Source: Nitriliruptoraceae bacterium
GTDB lineage: Bacteria; Actinomycetota; Nitriliruptoria; Nitriliruptorales; Nitriliruptoraceae
DNA length: 34,849 nt
NCBI GenBank assembly: GCA_007125475.1
Contig: SLDB01000003.1
Location: forward strand, 1-34,849
Direction of reading: 5' to 3'
The number at the start of each line of letters is the position of its first letter. Within the stretch, counting starts at the first letter, position 1. This document shows, one piece after another, positions 1-8,561 of the stretch. The notes under the pieces are model-generated. The model worked only from the letters and a program-made list of their open reading frames with translations. It ran no database searches and was not told the origin of the DNA. The translations under genes were made by a program, and so were the position numbers.

Positions 1-2
1 CG

Positions 3-134
3 GCCGCCTGGTGCGACGTGATGCACCTCGAGCAGCCGTTCCGCAAGCTGGGCCGCCTCTCACCGCACAACGCCGCCCTCGGCTGCCGCCGGCACCACCG
101 CAGCTTCGACCGTGGCCGGCTCGAACTGAGCTGG
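3..134 (+). CDS. possible 3' fragment of an HNH endonuclease (5' end outside window, true stop undefined)
   Basis: Frame-3 translation CDVMHLEQPFRKLGRLSPHNAALGCRRHHRSFDRGRLELSW shows H-x15-N-x8-H spacing and an 'LGC-RRHH' context like the 'LC-xxHH' of actinobacterial HNH/DUF222 nucleases. The frame stays open to 701, overlapping the kinase gene, so the end cannot be set. Confidence 0.3.
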
Positions 135-465
135 GCCGGCGGCCGGCCGAAGTTGCGCCCGCCTACCCGGGGGCCCATCCGACAAGCGGTCTCGGCCGCC
201 GGGGCAGCACCGACCATCACCCCGCGTGCACCCTGGGACCACCGTGTCACCGAAGAGACCAGCCCCGTGGACCTTCCCGCGGCCGGACGGTACGCCCACC
301 GCCGGTTCGGCGATGCCGGCGGGAGCGGAAGCGGCATCGCCAACGAACAGCGTGGCCACTACACCTACCGGCACCGACGACGATGGAGATCGCCACATCC
401 CTCGCCCTGCGCGACGTCAGACTGCGCACCGGCTTCCGGGCTAACGTCACCTCTGGGGATCGGGG

Positions 466-1815
466 GTGAACATGAGCCCTGTGTCGCATCGGCGACTCGT
501 CGTGATGATCGTGGCCGGGTTCCTCGTGTTCTCCTACGCCTGGATCTTCGCCACCGCGACGATCGTGGAACCGATCGCCGAAGTCACGGGCTTGCCGACG
601 GTGGCGGTCGAGGTCGGGAAGGGCCTCGTCTTCGTCACGCTCGCCGCGCTCCTCCTCGCGGTGTCGTTGAACTGGTACGCACGCACACTCCAATCCAGTG
701 AGCAGCGCTGGCTCCAACTCGCCGAGAACACCCGGGAAGGCATCTTCGTCGTACGCCTCGGGGAGGTCTCCGAGTTCGTCTTCATCAACGCCGCCCTCGC
801 CCGAATGACCGGATACCCGGAGTCGGCGTTCCGTGCCGATCCGCGCCTGCCGTTTCGCATCGTCCGGGCTGACGATCACCCGAAGCTGCGACAGATCTAC
901 GCGGCCCCGCTGGAACAGCAGTGGCCGGTTCGATTCGGGATCGTCAGAGCCGACGGAGAACTACGGTGGGTCCGCCTCTCGGCCTCCGTCATCCGGACGG
1001 CCTCACAGGAGGCTGTCCTTCAAGGGCTCGTGGTCGACGTCTCCGAAGATCAGGCACGGGAAGACGCGCTCCAGGACGCCGTCGCCGCCCAACGATCCGC
1101 AACCGCCCAACTGCAGGCCACCGATCGGGCCAAGCAGGCGTTTCTGACCGCTGTCTCCCACGAACTGCGAACCCCTCTCACCGTCGTCGCCGGGATGGCC
1201 GAAACCCTGCTGCGACACGGCTCCCGCCTCACCGAAGACGAACGCGCCAAAGCCGAAACCGCCCTCACCGAACACAGCAAGCGACTGAGGCGCACCCTCG
1301 ACGAACTCCTGGACATCGACCGTCTGGAGCGCGGCGCGATGCCCTTTGCTCCCACCACGGTCGACCTCGCGCAGATCGTGCGTGACACCGTGGCCGCCAG
1401 CCCGGTCGCTGAACGCACCCACGTCACCACCCCGAGCCAGCTGACGGCCCGTGCCGATCCGGTGCAGATCGAGCGAATCCTGACGAACATCCTCGACAAC
1501 GCGCATCGCTACGCCCCCGACGCCGCGATCGAGGTACGACTTACCGCACCGCAGGACTGCTGGCGACTGCAGGTCTCCGATCACGGCCCCGGTGTCCCCG
1601 AAGACGAATGCGCCAGGATCTTCGAGCCCTTCTACCGACTCGACGAACGGCACCCGACCCCCGGCACCGGTGTCGGGCTCGCACTCGTCGCCGAGTTCGC
1701 CGCCATCCACGGCGGCACCGCCCACGCGAGCGTTGACGACGGGTTGACGATCACGGTCGAAGCACCGCGGGACGGTCCACAGCTTCCAGACACACCGGTG
1801 GACGAAGTCGCGTAA
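466..1815 (+). CDS. membrane-bound PAS sensor histidine kinase
   Basis: Two N-terminal hydrophobic helices. PAS-like segment (REGIFVVRL...FINAALARMTGY). H-box FLTAVSHELRTPLT. HATPase N/G boxes (NILDNAHRYAP, DHGPGVP, GTGVGLALV). GTG at 466 or ATG at 472 could be the start. Confidence 0.9.
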   Translation: MNMSPVSHRRLVVMIVAGFLVFSYAWIFATATIVEPIAEVTGLPTVAVEVGKGLVFVTLAALLLAVSLNWYARTLQSSEQRWLQLAENTREGIFVVRLGEVSEFVFINAALARMTGYPESAFRADPRLPFRIVRADDHPKLRQIYAAPLEQQWPVRFGIVRADGELRWVRLSASVIRTASQEAVLQGLVVDVSEDQAREDALQDAVAAQRSATAQLQATDRAKQAFLTAVSHELRTPLTVVAGMAETLLRHGSRLTEDERAKAETALTEHSKRLRRTLDELLDIDRLERGAMPFAPTTVDLAQIVRDTVAASPVAERTHVTTPSQLTARADPVQIERILTNILDNAHRYAPDAAIEVRLTAPQDCWRLQVSDHGPGVPEDECARIFEPFYRLDERHPTPGTGVGLALVAEFAAIHGGTAHASVDDGLTITVEAPRDGPQLPDTPVDEVA

Positions 1816-1871
1816 GCGATGTGTCCACCAGGCCCCGGCCGGCCGACCCTGCCGAAGGCTGCCGTCGACGA

Positions 1872-1881
1872 CCCCCCCCCC
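1872..1881. repeat. C10 homopolymer in the convergent intergenic spacer
   Basis: Direct reading: a + 10 x c + g at 1871-1882, between the kinase stop (1815) and the membrane-protein stop (1924). Confidence 0.9.
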
Positions 1882-1923
1882 GCCGTCACGATGCCCGAGT
1901 CGCCCGGGTGCGCCACGCGTGGG

Positions 1924-3168
1924 TCACACGCGAGACCCCGCACCTCGTGGCGGACCGCGAGTTGGATCCGGCTCACGACGCCACCAGTGGTCGGCAACCC
2001 ACCACGGCACGTTCATGACCGCCTCGAGCGGGCCCTGCCGAAACCACCTCATCCATCCGAGCGCGAACACGGCACTGGCCACGGTGAACAGCACGAGGAG
2101 TCCCAGCGCGGGACCGAGGGAGGAGCCTGTGGCATCGTCGGGGATCACATGCAACGCCAGGAGGTGGCCGGCGTAGACGGTCAGGGCTACCTGGCCAGTG
2201 ACCACCAGCGGCCGCGTCAGCCTCGGAAGGGCGTCCGCGGCGAGCAGCGAAGCCCCGAGCACGGCGGCGGCCGTGGCTGTCGAACCGATGATCCAGAGCG
2301 GCATCTGACTGTGCGCGGTGTCGGCAGCCAGGTGGGTCCACCCGATGGAACCGGACGGCTCACCCAGGACCGCTAGCGACACCGCGCTGACGACCCACGC
2401 CAAGACCGCCATGACACCACCAATGAGGACGAGGCGACTTCGGACCGCCCGGGAGCGGAGATCGCGACGTCCCAACCAGATCCCGAAGGTGAACGGTGCG
2501 ACCCAGGTGATCAGCGGGTACGGCCCAGAGAAAACGAGGCCGTGCAGTGCCTCGACCGGGGTGTCCGAGAAGACAACCGGTTGACGTGTGTACACCTGGG
2601 GCGAACGCATTTGTCCCAGGAGGTAGGCGACGCTGCCGACCGGAACCGCCGCTGCCGCCATTCGGAGGAGCCACCGATCCGGGATCCTCACAAGAACGAC
2701 CGCGACGAGGAAGAGGACGGCATAGTCCTGCAGGATCACCGCGACTCGGTGGTCGAGCTCCTGCAGCGCCAACCCGAAGGGCAACAGCAGCGCGGCGCGC
2801 CACACGAGCTTCCCGACGCCACGCCACCGCGACGTCGTCGGTGCCGAGACCAGCAACGACACACCGACCCCGGCAACGACCACGAACAACACGGATGCCC
2901 GACCGTGAGGCAGCGCGTACGCGCGCCCGAGGATCCCCTCACCGGCGGTGGGGCCGACATGCACCGCGAACATCCCGATGATGGCCAGTGCACGGGCGAG
3001 GTCGACACCTCGGATCCGACGGAGCCCGATGCCCCGATCGGGTCGAACTTCGTCGAGCCGTTCCCCAGGATGTGGCCGTGGGGGATGTGGCCGTGGGGTC
3101 TCCTCCCCCTCACCAGCCCTCGTGGGCCCGACGGTCCCGTGAGCGACGATCGAGCTCGAAGAGCGCAC
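1924..3168 (-). CDS. polytopic membrane protein, YeiB/DUF418-DUF1624-like
   Basis: N-terminal motif RIRGVDLARALAIIGMFAVHVGP followed by many hydrophobic helices. The antisense ORFs are R/P-rich junk. The start (GTG at 3168) is uncertain. The N-terminus contains a 15-bp duplication coding PRPHP-PRPHP (about 3069-3100). Confidence 0.7.
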   Translation of the reverse strand: MRSSSSIVAHGTVGPTRAGEGEETPRPHPPRPHPGERLDEVRPDRGIGLRRIRGVDLARALAIIGMFAVHVGPTAGEGILGRAYALPHGRASVLFVVVAGVGVSLLVSAPTTSRWRGVGKLVWRAALLLPFGLALQELDHRVAVILQDYAVLFLVAVVLVRIPDRWLLRMAAAAVPVGSVAYLLGQMRSPQVYTRQPVVFSDTPVEALHGLVFSGPYPLITWVAPFTFGIWLGRRDLRSRAVRSRLVLIGGVMAVLAWVVSAVSLAVLGEPSGSIGWTHLAADTAHSQMPLWIIGSTATAAAVLGASLLAADALPRLTRPLVVTGQVALTVYAGHLLALHVIPDDATGSSLGPALGLLVLFTVASAVFALGWMRWFRQGPLEAVMNVPWWVADHWWRREPDPTRGPPRGAGSRV

Positions 3169-3270
3169 CGGGGCACCGGCGTGCGACGCCTCCGTGGCGT
3201 CGTTCCCCGCCGGCTGCCGTGGGGTCGTCTCAGGTGTCGTCGTGCCGTCGCCTTCACTCGCTGCCAGGCA

Positions 3271-3348
3271 GCGGCATCGGTATCGGTGGGTGCGGCATCG
3301 GTAGGCGTGGCATCGGTGGGCGTGGCATCAGTGCATCGGTGGGCGTGG
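3271..3348. repeat. imperfect ~15-bp tandem repeat (ggcatcggtgggcgt core, about 5 copies)
   Basis: The gcatcggt core recurs at 3274, 3295, 3310, 3325 (as gcatcagt) and 3333. It is flanked by gccagg on both sides. Confidence 0.85.
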
Positions 3349-3446
3349 TGCCAGGAACCGACCGTAGGGAGTCCCGTACGTGCCGGCAGTGTCCTTCTGG
3401 CCGAGGCTTGTCGAGCGCGTGCAGCGGCCGCCACGTGGCAACGCCT

Positions 3447-3525
3447 GATGCTCACGGGCGATCGGTGCGCACCGGCCGCTGACGCTCACGGGCGATCGGT
3501 CCGCACCAACCGCCGACGCACCCGA
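3447..3525. repeat. 34-bp tandem repeat, 2 copies plus a partial third
   Basis: 3447-3480 gatgctcacgggcgatcggtgcgcaccggccgct versus 3481-3514 gacgctcacgggcgatcggtccgcaccaaccgcc. A third copy starts with gacgc. Confidence 0.9.
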
Positions 3526-3886
3526 ACGTCAAGGCCGGACCGCAGGCCATGGCATTGGCCGGCCGGGCCAATCCGCGACCAGACCGCCCCCGCCGCCGGC
3601 ACACCACTCGGGTGGTGCGCCCCTCCGACCGGGCCCTCCCTCACGCCACCCGTTCCCCGCCCGAACGGGCTGCCACTGTCCACGCTTCCAGGGATACGGT
3701 CGAGACATGCCAGTGCCCCATACGAGTGCGATGCCGACCTCTTCGACCACACCGCCGATGTTCGTCGCGGTGAGCCGCGACCGTCGAGGTGGTGCCACCA
3801 CGACAGCCAGGCGCCACCATGCTCCGGAGCGGACGAGTCGGGGCGACCGACCGGATCGGCGGCGTCGACCGACCCGACTGGCAGCG

Positions 3887-4017
3887 GGGACCGACCGAGG
3901 GGTGGTAGGCGACCACCACGGGACCGGCCGCGGGGTGACAGGTGACCGGCACCGGACCGACCGAGGGGGATAGGAGACCGCAACGGGACCGACCGCGGGG
4001 CAGGCGAGCCCGCCTCC
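3887..4017. repeat. ~33-bp tandem repeat, 4 copies (gggaccgaccgagggg... core)
   Basis: Core copies start at 3887, 3920, 3954 and 3985: gggaccgaccgagggg / gggaccggccgcgggg / ggaccgaccgaggggg / gggaccgaccgcgggg. Confidence 0.85.
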
Positions 4018-4084
4018 CGCCCGGACGGCGCCCGGAGGCAGCCCGGTCTTCCCGACCGATGAGGGACCACCGGTGAGGACGGCG

Positions 4085-5842
4085 ATGACCCTGCGGGACC
4101 CCACGTACCTCGTCATCGGTGCCGCGTGCGCGGTGCTGCTGGCGTGCAGCGGAGCGGATCACGACCCGGACGGTGAGCCGGCAGGCCCGGGCGGGGACGA
4201 CTCCCACGTGGTCTCACCGGACGCCGGCGATGACCGAGCAGTGGCGGACGACGCAACGGACGACGGCGCCGATGACGGCACAGACGACGGCACAGACGAC
4301 GGCAGCGACGACGGCGACCCCCGTGACCGGCTCGACGTCCCCGATGCCCACGCGGTGAGCGCCGGGCATCCTGATGCGGTCGACGCCGGGATGAGCGTCC
4401 TGGAGGACGGCGGCACCGCGGTCGACGCCGCGATCGCCGCCGCGTTCGCCTCGGGGGTAGCCGAGCCGTTCACCTCCGGTCTCGGCGGAGGTGGTGCCGC
4501 GATCGTGCTCGAACAGGGCGAAGAGCCTCGCGCCTACGACTACCGAGACGTCGTCGCCGACGACGGTGTGATCCCCGCGACGAACACCGGCGTCCCCGGC
4601 TTCGTGGCGGGGATGGAGGCCCTGCACGATCATCACGGGTCACTCGGCTGGGACGAGCTCGTGAGCCCCGCCGTCGGCTTCGCCGAGGAGACGACGACGA
4701 GTCCGTTGTTGGCGGAGCGCCTCGCGGCCGACGCGGATGCCCTCCCCGTCGGCGACCTCCCGCACCTGTACCCGGACGGCGCCCCACTCCAGGACGGTGC
4801 GCCACTGGTGCAGGACGAGCTCGCCACAACGCTGCGGATCCTGGCCGACGAAGGCCCTCCGGCGTTCTACGAAGGGGCGATCGCCGAATCGCTCACGGCC
4901 TACGACGGACTCGATGCGGCTTCGCTCGCCGGCTACGAGGTGCATGCGAGCACGCCGCCGTCGGGTGCTGTCGGCGACGTCGAGGTGATCGGGGCGGCGC
5001 CGCCGCTGGGGGGCACGACACTGATCCAGCAGTTGCAGATCGCCGAAGCACTCGGCGTCGCCGAGCAGCCCCCGAACTCCCCGAGAGCGGTGCACCACCT
5101 CGCCTCGGCGTGGCGGATCGCCCTCGCCAATCAGCGAGCGGAGCTCGGTGATCCCCGCTTCGTCGACGTCCCCGTCGACGAGCTCGTCGACCCGGACCGC
5201 AACGCGGCGATCGCCGAGGCCCTCGACCCGGACAGCGTGCCATCGATCGATCCGGGAGCTCCCGGGGGTGGCCACGCACCGAACACGACCCACATCACCG
5301 CCGTGGACTCGTACGGGACGATGGTGTCGATGACGAACACCATCACGAACTTCTGGGGGTCGCGCCAGTACACGGACGGGTTCTTCCTCAACGACCATCT
5401 GCGCCGGTTCGAGGGCGGCACCGGTGAGGCGAATCGTCCGGAACCCGGGAAGCTCCCCGTCACCTGGAGTCTGCCGGTGATCATTGCAGACACCGACGGG
5501 CGACCCGTTCTCGGCCTCGGCACCCCCGGCGGTGCCCGCATCCCCAACGTCCTGGCCTCGGCGATCACCCGTTGGGGCCTACAGGGCGTCCCACTCGAGG
5601 ACGTCGTGACCGGCCCGCGGTTCCACGTGCACGGCACCACGATCGAGGTCGAAGCCGAACTGGGTGGGGCACGCGATCAACTGTTGGCCCTCGGATGGAG
5701 TGACGTGACCGAGCCGGCCTCGCGACTCCACTTCGGATCGATCCAGGCCCTCGAGATCGACTACGACGACGGGGTGATCCGCGGTGCCAGCGACCCACGC
5801 CGCGAAGCCGACCACCGTATCCAGGCGCCCGCACCCCGGTGA
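4085..5842 (+). CDS. ggt: gamma-glutamyltransferase family protein, predicted lipoprotein
   Basis: Catalytic Thr context APNTTHITAVDSYGTMVSMTNTI, plus GLGGGG and GTPGGARIP motifs. N-terminus MTLRDPTYLVIGAACAVLLAC has an LLAC lipobox. GAGGA lies 5 nt before ATG 4085, and an in-frame GTG at 4073 is an alternative start. A D-rich linker follows the lipobox. Confidence 0.9.
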   Translation: MTLRDPTYLVIGAACAVLLACSGADHDPDGEPAGPGGDDSHVVSPDAGDDRAVADDATDDGADDGTDDGTDDGSDDGDPRDRLDVPDAHAVSAGHPDAVDAGMSVLEDGGTAVDAAIAAAFASGVAEPFTSGLGGGGAAIVLEQGEEPRAYDYRDVVADDGVIPATNTGVPGFVAGMEALHDHHGSLGWDELVSPAVGFAEETTTSPLLAERLAADADALPVGDLPHLYPDGAPLQDGAPLVQDELATTLRILADEGPPAFYEGAIAESLTAYDGLDAASLAGYEVHASTPPSGAVGDVEVIGAAPPLGGTTLIQQLQIAEALGVAEQPPNSPRAVHHLASAWRIALANQRAELGDPRFVDVPVDELVDPDRNAAIAEALDPDSVPSIDPGAPGGGHAPNTTHITAVDSYGTMVSMTNTITNFWGSRQYTDGFFLNDHLRRFEGGTGEANRPEPGKLPVTWSLPVIIADTDGRPVLGLGTPGGARIPNVLASAITRWGLQGVPLEDVVTGPRFHVHGTTIEVEAELGGARDQLLALGWSDVTEPASRLHFGSIQALEIDYDDGVIRGASDPRREADHRIQAPAPR

Positions 5843-5944
5843 CGCCTCGCCGACCCTTGGTGGCCGCGGCAACCCCGCATCACGATGACGCCCGCCCGCA
5901 CCCCCGGTGACACGCGAGCGGCACTCGATGAGCCGGTATCCGCG

Positions 5945-7405
5945 TCACCGACCCAGCAGTCCCTTCGCGCCGGCGAGCACCGCGAACGGCAACGCCGAAC
6001 GCGGCTCCCAGGCGATCCGCCACAGCCCGCCGTGCACCGCGCTGGCGGTGAGATCGTGCTCCCCGGAAGCCGAGCCGCCGGCCGGATCTGCGGTGGCGTC
6101 CCCGGACCGCAGGTCGTGCACGAGCAACGCGCTCATCACCGCACGACTGGTCTCGGGAGCGAACACCTCGACATCGAAGAGATGCGCACCGCGGTAGGCG
6201 GCGGCCAGGAGGCGGTTGTCCATCACCGACCGGGTCATCGTCGCCGGCGCGACGTGGACCGACGAGAAGAAGCCGTCCTGGCGTGCGACGAGACCTCGCC
6301 ACCGCTGAAGCCGCTTCGCCAGGGCGTAGTTCGGGCCCTGCTGGACGATGAGGCTGTCGGCGATCCCGAGGCTCCGGCCGTCCTCGGTGGTCAGGGTGGT
6401 CCGGAAGCGCGGAACGAACGCCCGTCCGCCGCTGAGGGTACGGATCACCACCGCGGCGTTCCCCGACTGCCGGGAACGCGCCATCGCGACGGCCGCTTCC
6501 GGGACCGCGAAGACATCGGTCGGGGTGGCGAGGTAGGCCAGGGCAGCCCCGGGGATGCGCCGCTGCAGGTCGACGATCACCGCATCGGCGGCCATCGCCA
6601 CCCGCGGGAACATCGCTCCACCCGCGTAGGCGTAGTTGCCGATCACCAGACGATCGCCGAACTCGGCGAGCCAGGCGCGGACCGCAGCCGGTTCGGTGAC
6701 CAGGTCCACCCCCGCGGCGCCATCCGGGCGCACCGGCTCGTGGAGGATGCCGCTGCCCGCCTCGGCGAACCGCCGGAGCCGTGCCCAGACGTCGTCCACC
6801 GGGACATCCACGGCGGCGACCGTCGCCCCCCAGGACAGCAGGTGCTTGGTCGGTCCCATCTCGGCGCCTGCGCCGAGGATGCCGAACGTCAACCCCCGCA
6901 GGTCCAGCCATTCGGGATGCTCGACGACTCGGCGGATCGCGTCGACGAACGCCGGCTCGACGACCCCCCGGTCAGCCCATGCCGCTGCCTGATCGACGAT
7001 CCGGCCACCGCGGAGGTCCTCACCCCGGTAGGGCACGACGAGTTCACCCGGGTGGTCGGTCTGGCCGGTGACGGTCCTGGTGCCGAGGTGGGGGGTGGGA
7101 GGTTCGGCCACCGCTGCCGAGAGGCTCCGGGATCCCTCGGCATCGACGAACTCGAACCCTTCGTGCAACCGCCGCAGACCGGCCCGGGCGATCGACGAGG
7201 CGGCCTGAGCGGACACCGCTGCACGCGCGGTCAACTCACGCAGGTGTCGTGGGTAGTGCCGGCGCCAGTCGCGTTCGCCGTTGATGGCTTCGGCGAGCAC
7301 CGGGTCGACGTCGACGACCGCTGTCGAGAACACGTCACGCGAGGTCTGCTGCGTGCTGCGCCGACCCTCGACCTCGGGGAACTGGACTCCGGTGTGGGTC
7401 GTCAT
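5945..7405 (-). CDS. uncharacterised 486-aa protein with a central Rossmann-like dinucleotide-binding motif
   Basis: Protein-like composition on the minus strand, while the plus-strand overlap is R-rich. Motif FGILGAGAEMGPTKHLLSWGATVAAVDVP fits G-x-G-x-x-x-G followed by an acidic residue at the end of beta-2. ATG at 7405 is chosen because the track's upstream extension runs through a 28-bp repeat (not a multiple of 3). Confidence 0.7.
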   Translation of the reverse strand: MTTHTGVQFPEVEGRRSTQQTSRDVFSTAVVDVDPVLAEAINGERDWRRHYPRHLRELTARAAVSAQAASSIARAGLRRLHEGFEFVDAEGSRSLSAAVAEPPTPHLGTRTVTGQTDHPGELVVPYRGEDLRGGRIVDQAAAWADRGVVEPAFVDAIRRVVEHPEWLDLRGLTFGILGAGAEMGPTKHLLSWGATVAAVDVPVDDVWARLRRFAEAGSGILHEPVRPDGAAGVDLVTEPAAVRAWLAEFGDRLVIGNYAYAGGAMFPRVAMAADAVIVDLQRRIPGAALAYLATPTDVFAVPEAAVAMARSRQSGNAAVVIRTLSGGRAFVPRFRTTLTTEDGRSLGIADSLIVQQGPNYALAKRLQRWRGLVARQDGFFSSVHVAPATMTRSVMDNRLLAAAYRGAHLFDVEVFAPETSRAVMSALLVHDLRSGDATADPAGGSASGEHDLTASAVHGGLWRIAWEPRSALPFAVLAGAKGLLGR

Positions 7406-7534
7406 CGCCGCGCTTCGTCGTCGGGGACAGGAGCGGTCGCCGGAACCCGGGATGGGACACGGCCGGTGGCGCCAACCCGGGCCGGAAGGGGATCGTAGGC
7501 CCGCCGATGCCGGATGCGGGGATGCCCGGCCGGG

Positions 7535-7634
7535 CCGGCAGCGGCGTCGGCAGCGACCGCGACAGGCAGCGGCGTCAGCAACCATCGTGACAGGCAGCGG
7601 CGTCAGCAACCATCGTGACAGGCAGCGGCGTGAC
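7535..7634. repeat. 28-bp tandem repeat, two perfect copies plus partial flanking copies
   Basis: 7561-7588 and 7589-7616 are identical (gacaggcagcggcgtcagcaaccatcgt). A partial copy lies at 7617-7634 and a diverged copy at about 7535-7560. Confidence 0.92.
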
Positions 7635-7675
7635 CGCTGGTCCCGGGCTCCTGCGGCGCGATCCACCGGACCGCC

Positions 7676-8224
7676 TCAGACACCGGTGGTGGGACACAGG
7701 CCGGCCCGGACGTCCGCAGCCGTGGACACCCCGCCCCCGGAGGTGTCGACGATCGGTGCGCCAGCCAGTGGCTCGGGGCCGTCAGCAGTATCGTCGAAAC
7801 GCACGTCACACACCGGTTCGATCTCTTCCCACGCGGAGTCGGGTAGTCCGAGGGCTGAGCCCTCGGCGAGCTCGGCGCGGAGGGCGACCATCGGCTCCGC
7901 CTCGGCCAACAACGCCTCGACCTCGTCGCCTTCCGCGTCTTCCGCCTCGGCCAGGACCTCGGCGGCGTTCTCGAAGGCACGAGCGAGACGGACGGTCTGT
8001 GCCGCCGCGTCATCGTCGACGAGTTCCGCAGCGACCTGGTCGTAGCCATCCGCCATGTCTCGGTAGGCCGCCGCCATCGTCGCCGGGTCCGGGGGGTCAC
8101 CGAGCGCCGTCGCTGCGTCGTCGAGCGTGGTGGCGAGCATCTCCACGCCCGCACAGACCCCGGCCTGTTCCTGGTCGCCGCCGCACGCACCGGCGACCAG
8201 CACACCGAGCGCGAGCCCGGCCAT
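7676..8224 (-). CDS. acidic secreted lipoprotein, function unknown
   Basis: The internal ATG gives MAGLALGVLVAGACGGD with a VAGAC lipobox. The mature part is helical and D/E/A-rich. Antisense ORFs are R/P-rich. The start could lie slightly upstream. Confidence 0.6.
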   Translation of the reverse strand: MAGLALGVLVAGACGGDQEQAGVCAGVEMLATTLDDAATALGDPPDPATMAAAYRDMADGYDQVAAELVDDDAAAQTVRLARAFENAAEVLAEAEDAEGDEVEALLAEAEPMVALRAELAEGSALGLPDSAWEEIEPVCDVRFDDTADGPEPLAGAPIVDTSGGGVSTAADVRAGLCPTTGV

Positions 8225-8265
8225 GGCACCGCGTGACCGCAACCGGGCAGGCCCGGCGCCTCGGC

Positions 8266-8290
8266 GACGCACCGGCAACCTCGGTGCGTC
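8266..8290. other. perfect 8-bp inverted repeat (gacgcacc-9 nt-ggtgcgtc) in the divergent promoter region
   Basis: Direct reading. It lies 42 nt upstream of the lipoprotein ATG on the minus strand. Confidence 0.7.
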
Positions 8291-8561
8291 TACCCGCAGC
8301 CATCGAGGTCGCAGGCGGAGCACCCGACGGGTGTCGTGACGGCCTCGCCGGCCCCGGTCACCGGTGCGCAGCGGCATCGGCACGTGCGTTCCCTCCTCGT
8401 CGCCGACACGAGGGTGCACCACGGAACCGGCACACGCGATGACCGCATCGAGGTGGCCGCGGTCACGCCCGTACCGCTGCTACCACCGATTGCTGCCACA
8501 ATGCTCAAGCTCTGCCGCCATCGGACCGAGACCGGGGTGGGGCGGGGACGGAGAGGCCGAC

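Noticed and set aside
3655-3725. Cobalamin-riboswitch-like 'gccactg' box upstream of ggt
   Set aside because: Only the 7-mer matches. The surrounding conserved GGGAA / GGTGAAATCC / AGCCAGGAGACC elements are absent, and ggt is not a B12-related gene.
3486-4207. Three overlapping minus-strand ORFs of 188-195 aa upstream of ggt
   Set aside because: All are R/P/G/S-rich without hydrophobic cores or motifs. They overlap each other and the ggt start, and they cross tandem repeats with non-coding periodicity.
5885-7498. 537-aa plus-strand ORF (also 5880-6911 minus)
   Set aside because: It is R-rich with no motifs. The opposite-strand frame 5945-7405 has balanced composition and a Rossmann motif.
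7406-7666. N-terminal extension of the 5945-7666 ORF (573 aa)
   Set aside because: The extension crosses a 28-bp (non-triplet) perfect tandem repeat and translates to R/C/P-rich sequence. The ATG at 7405 begins the protein-like part.
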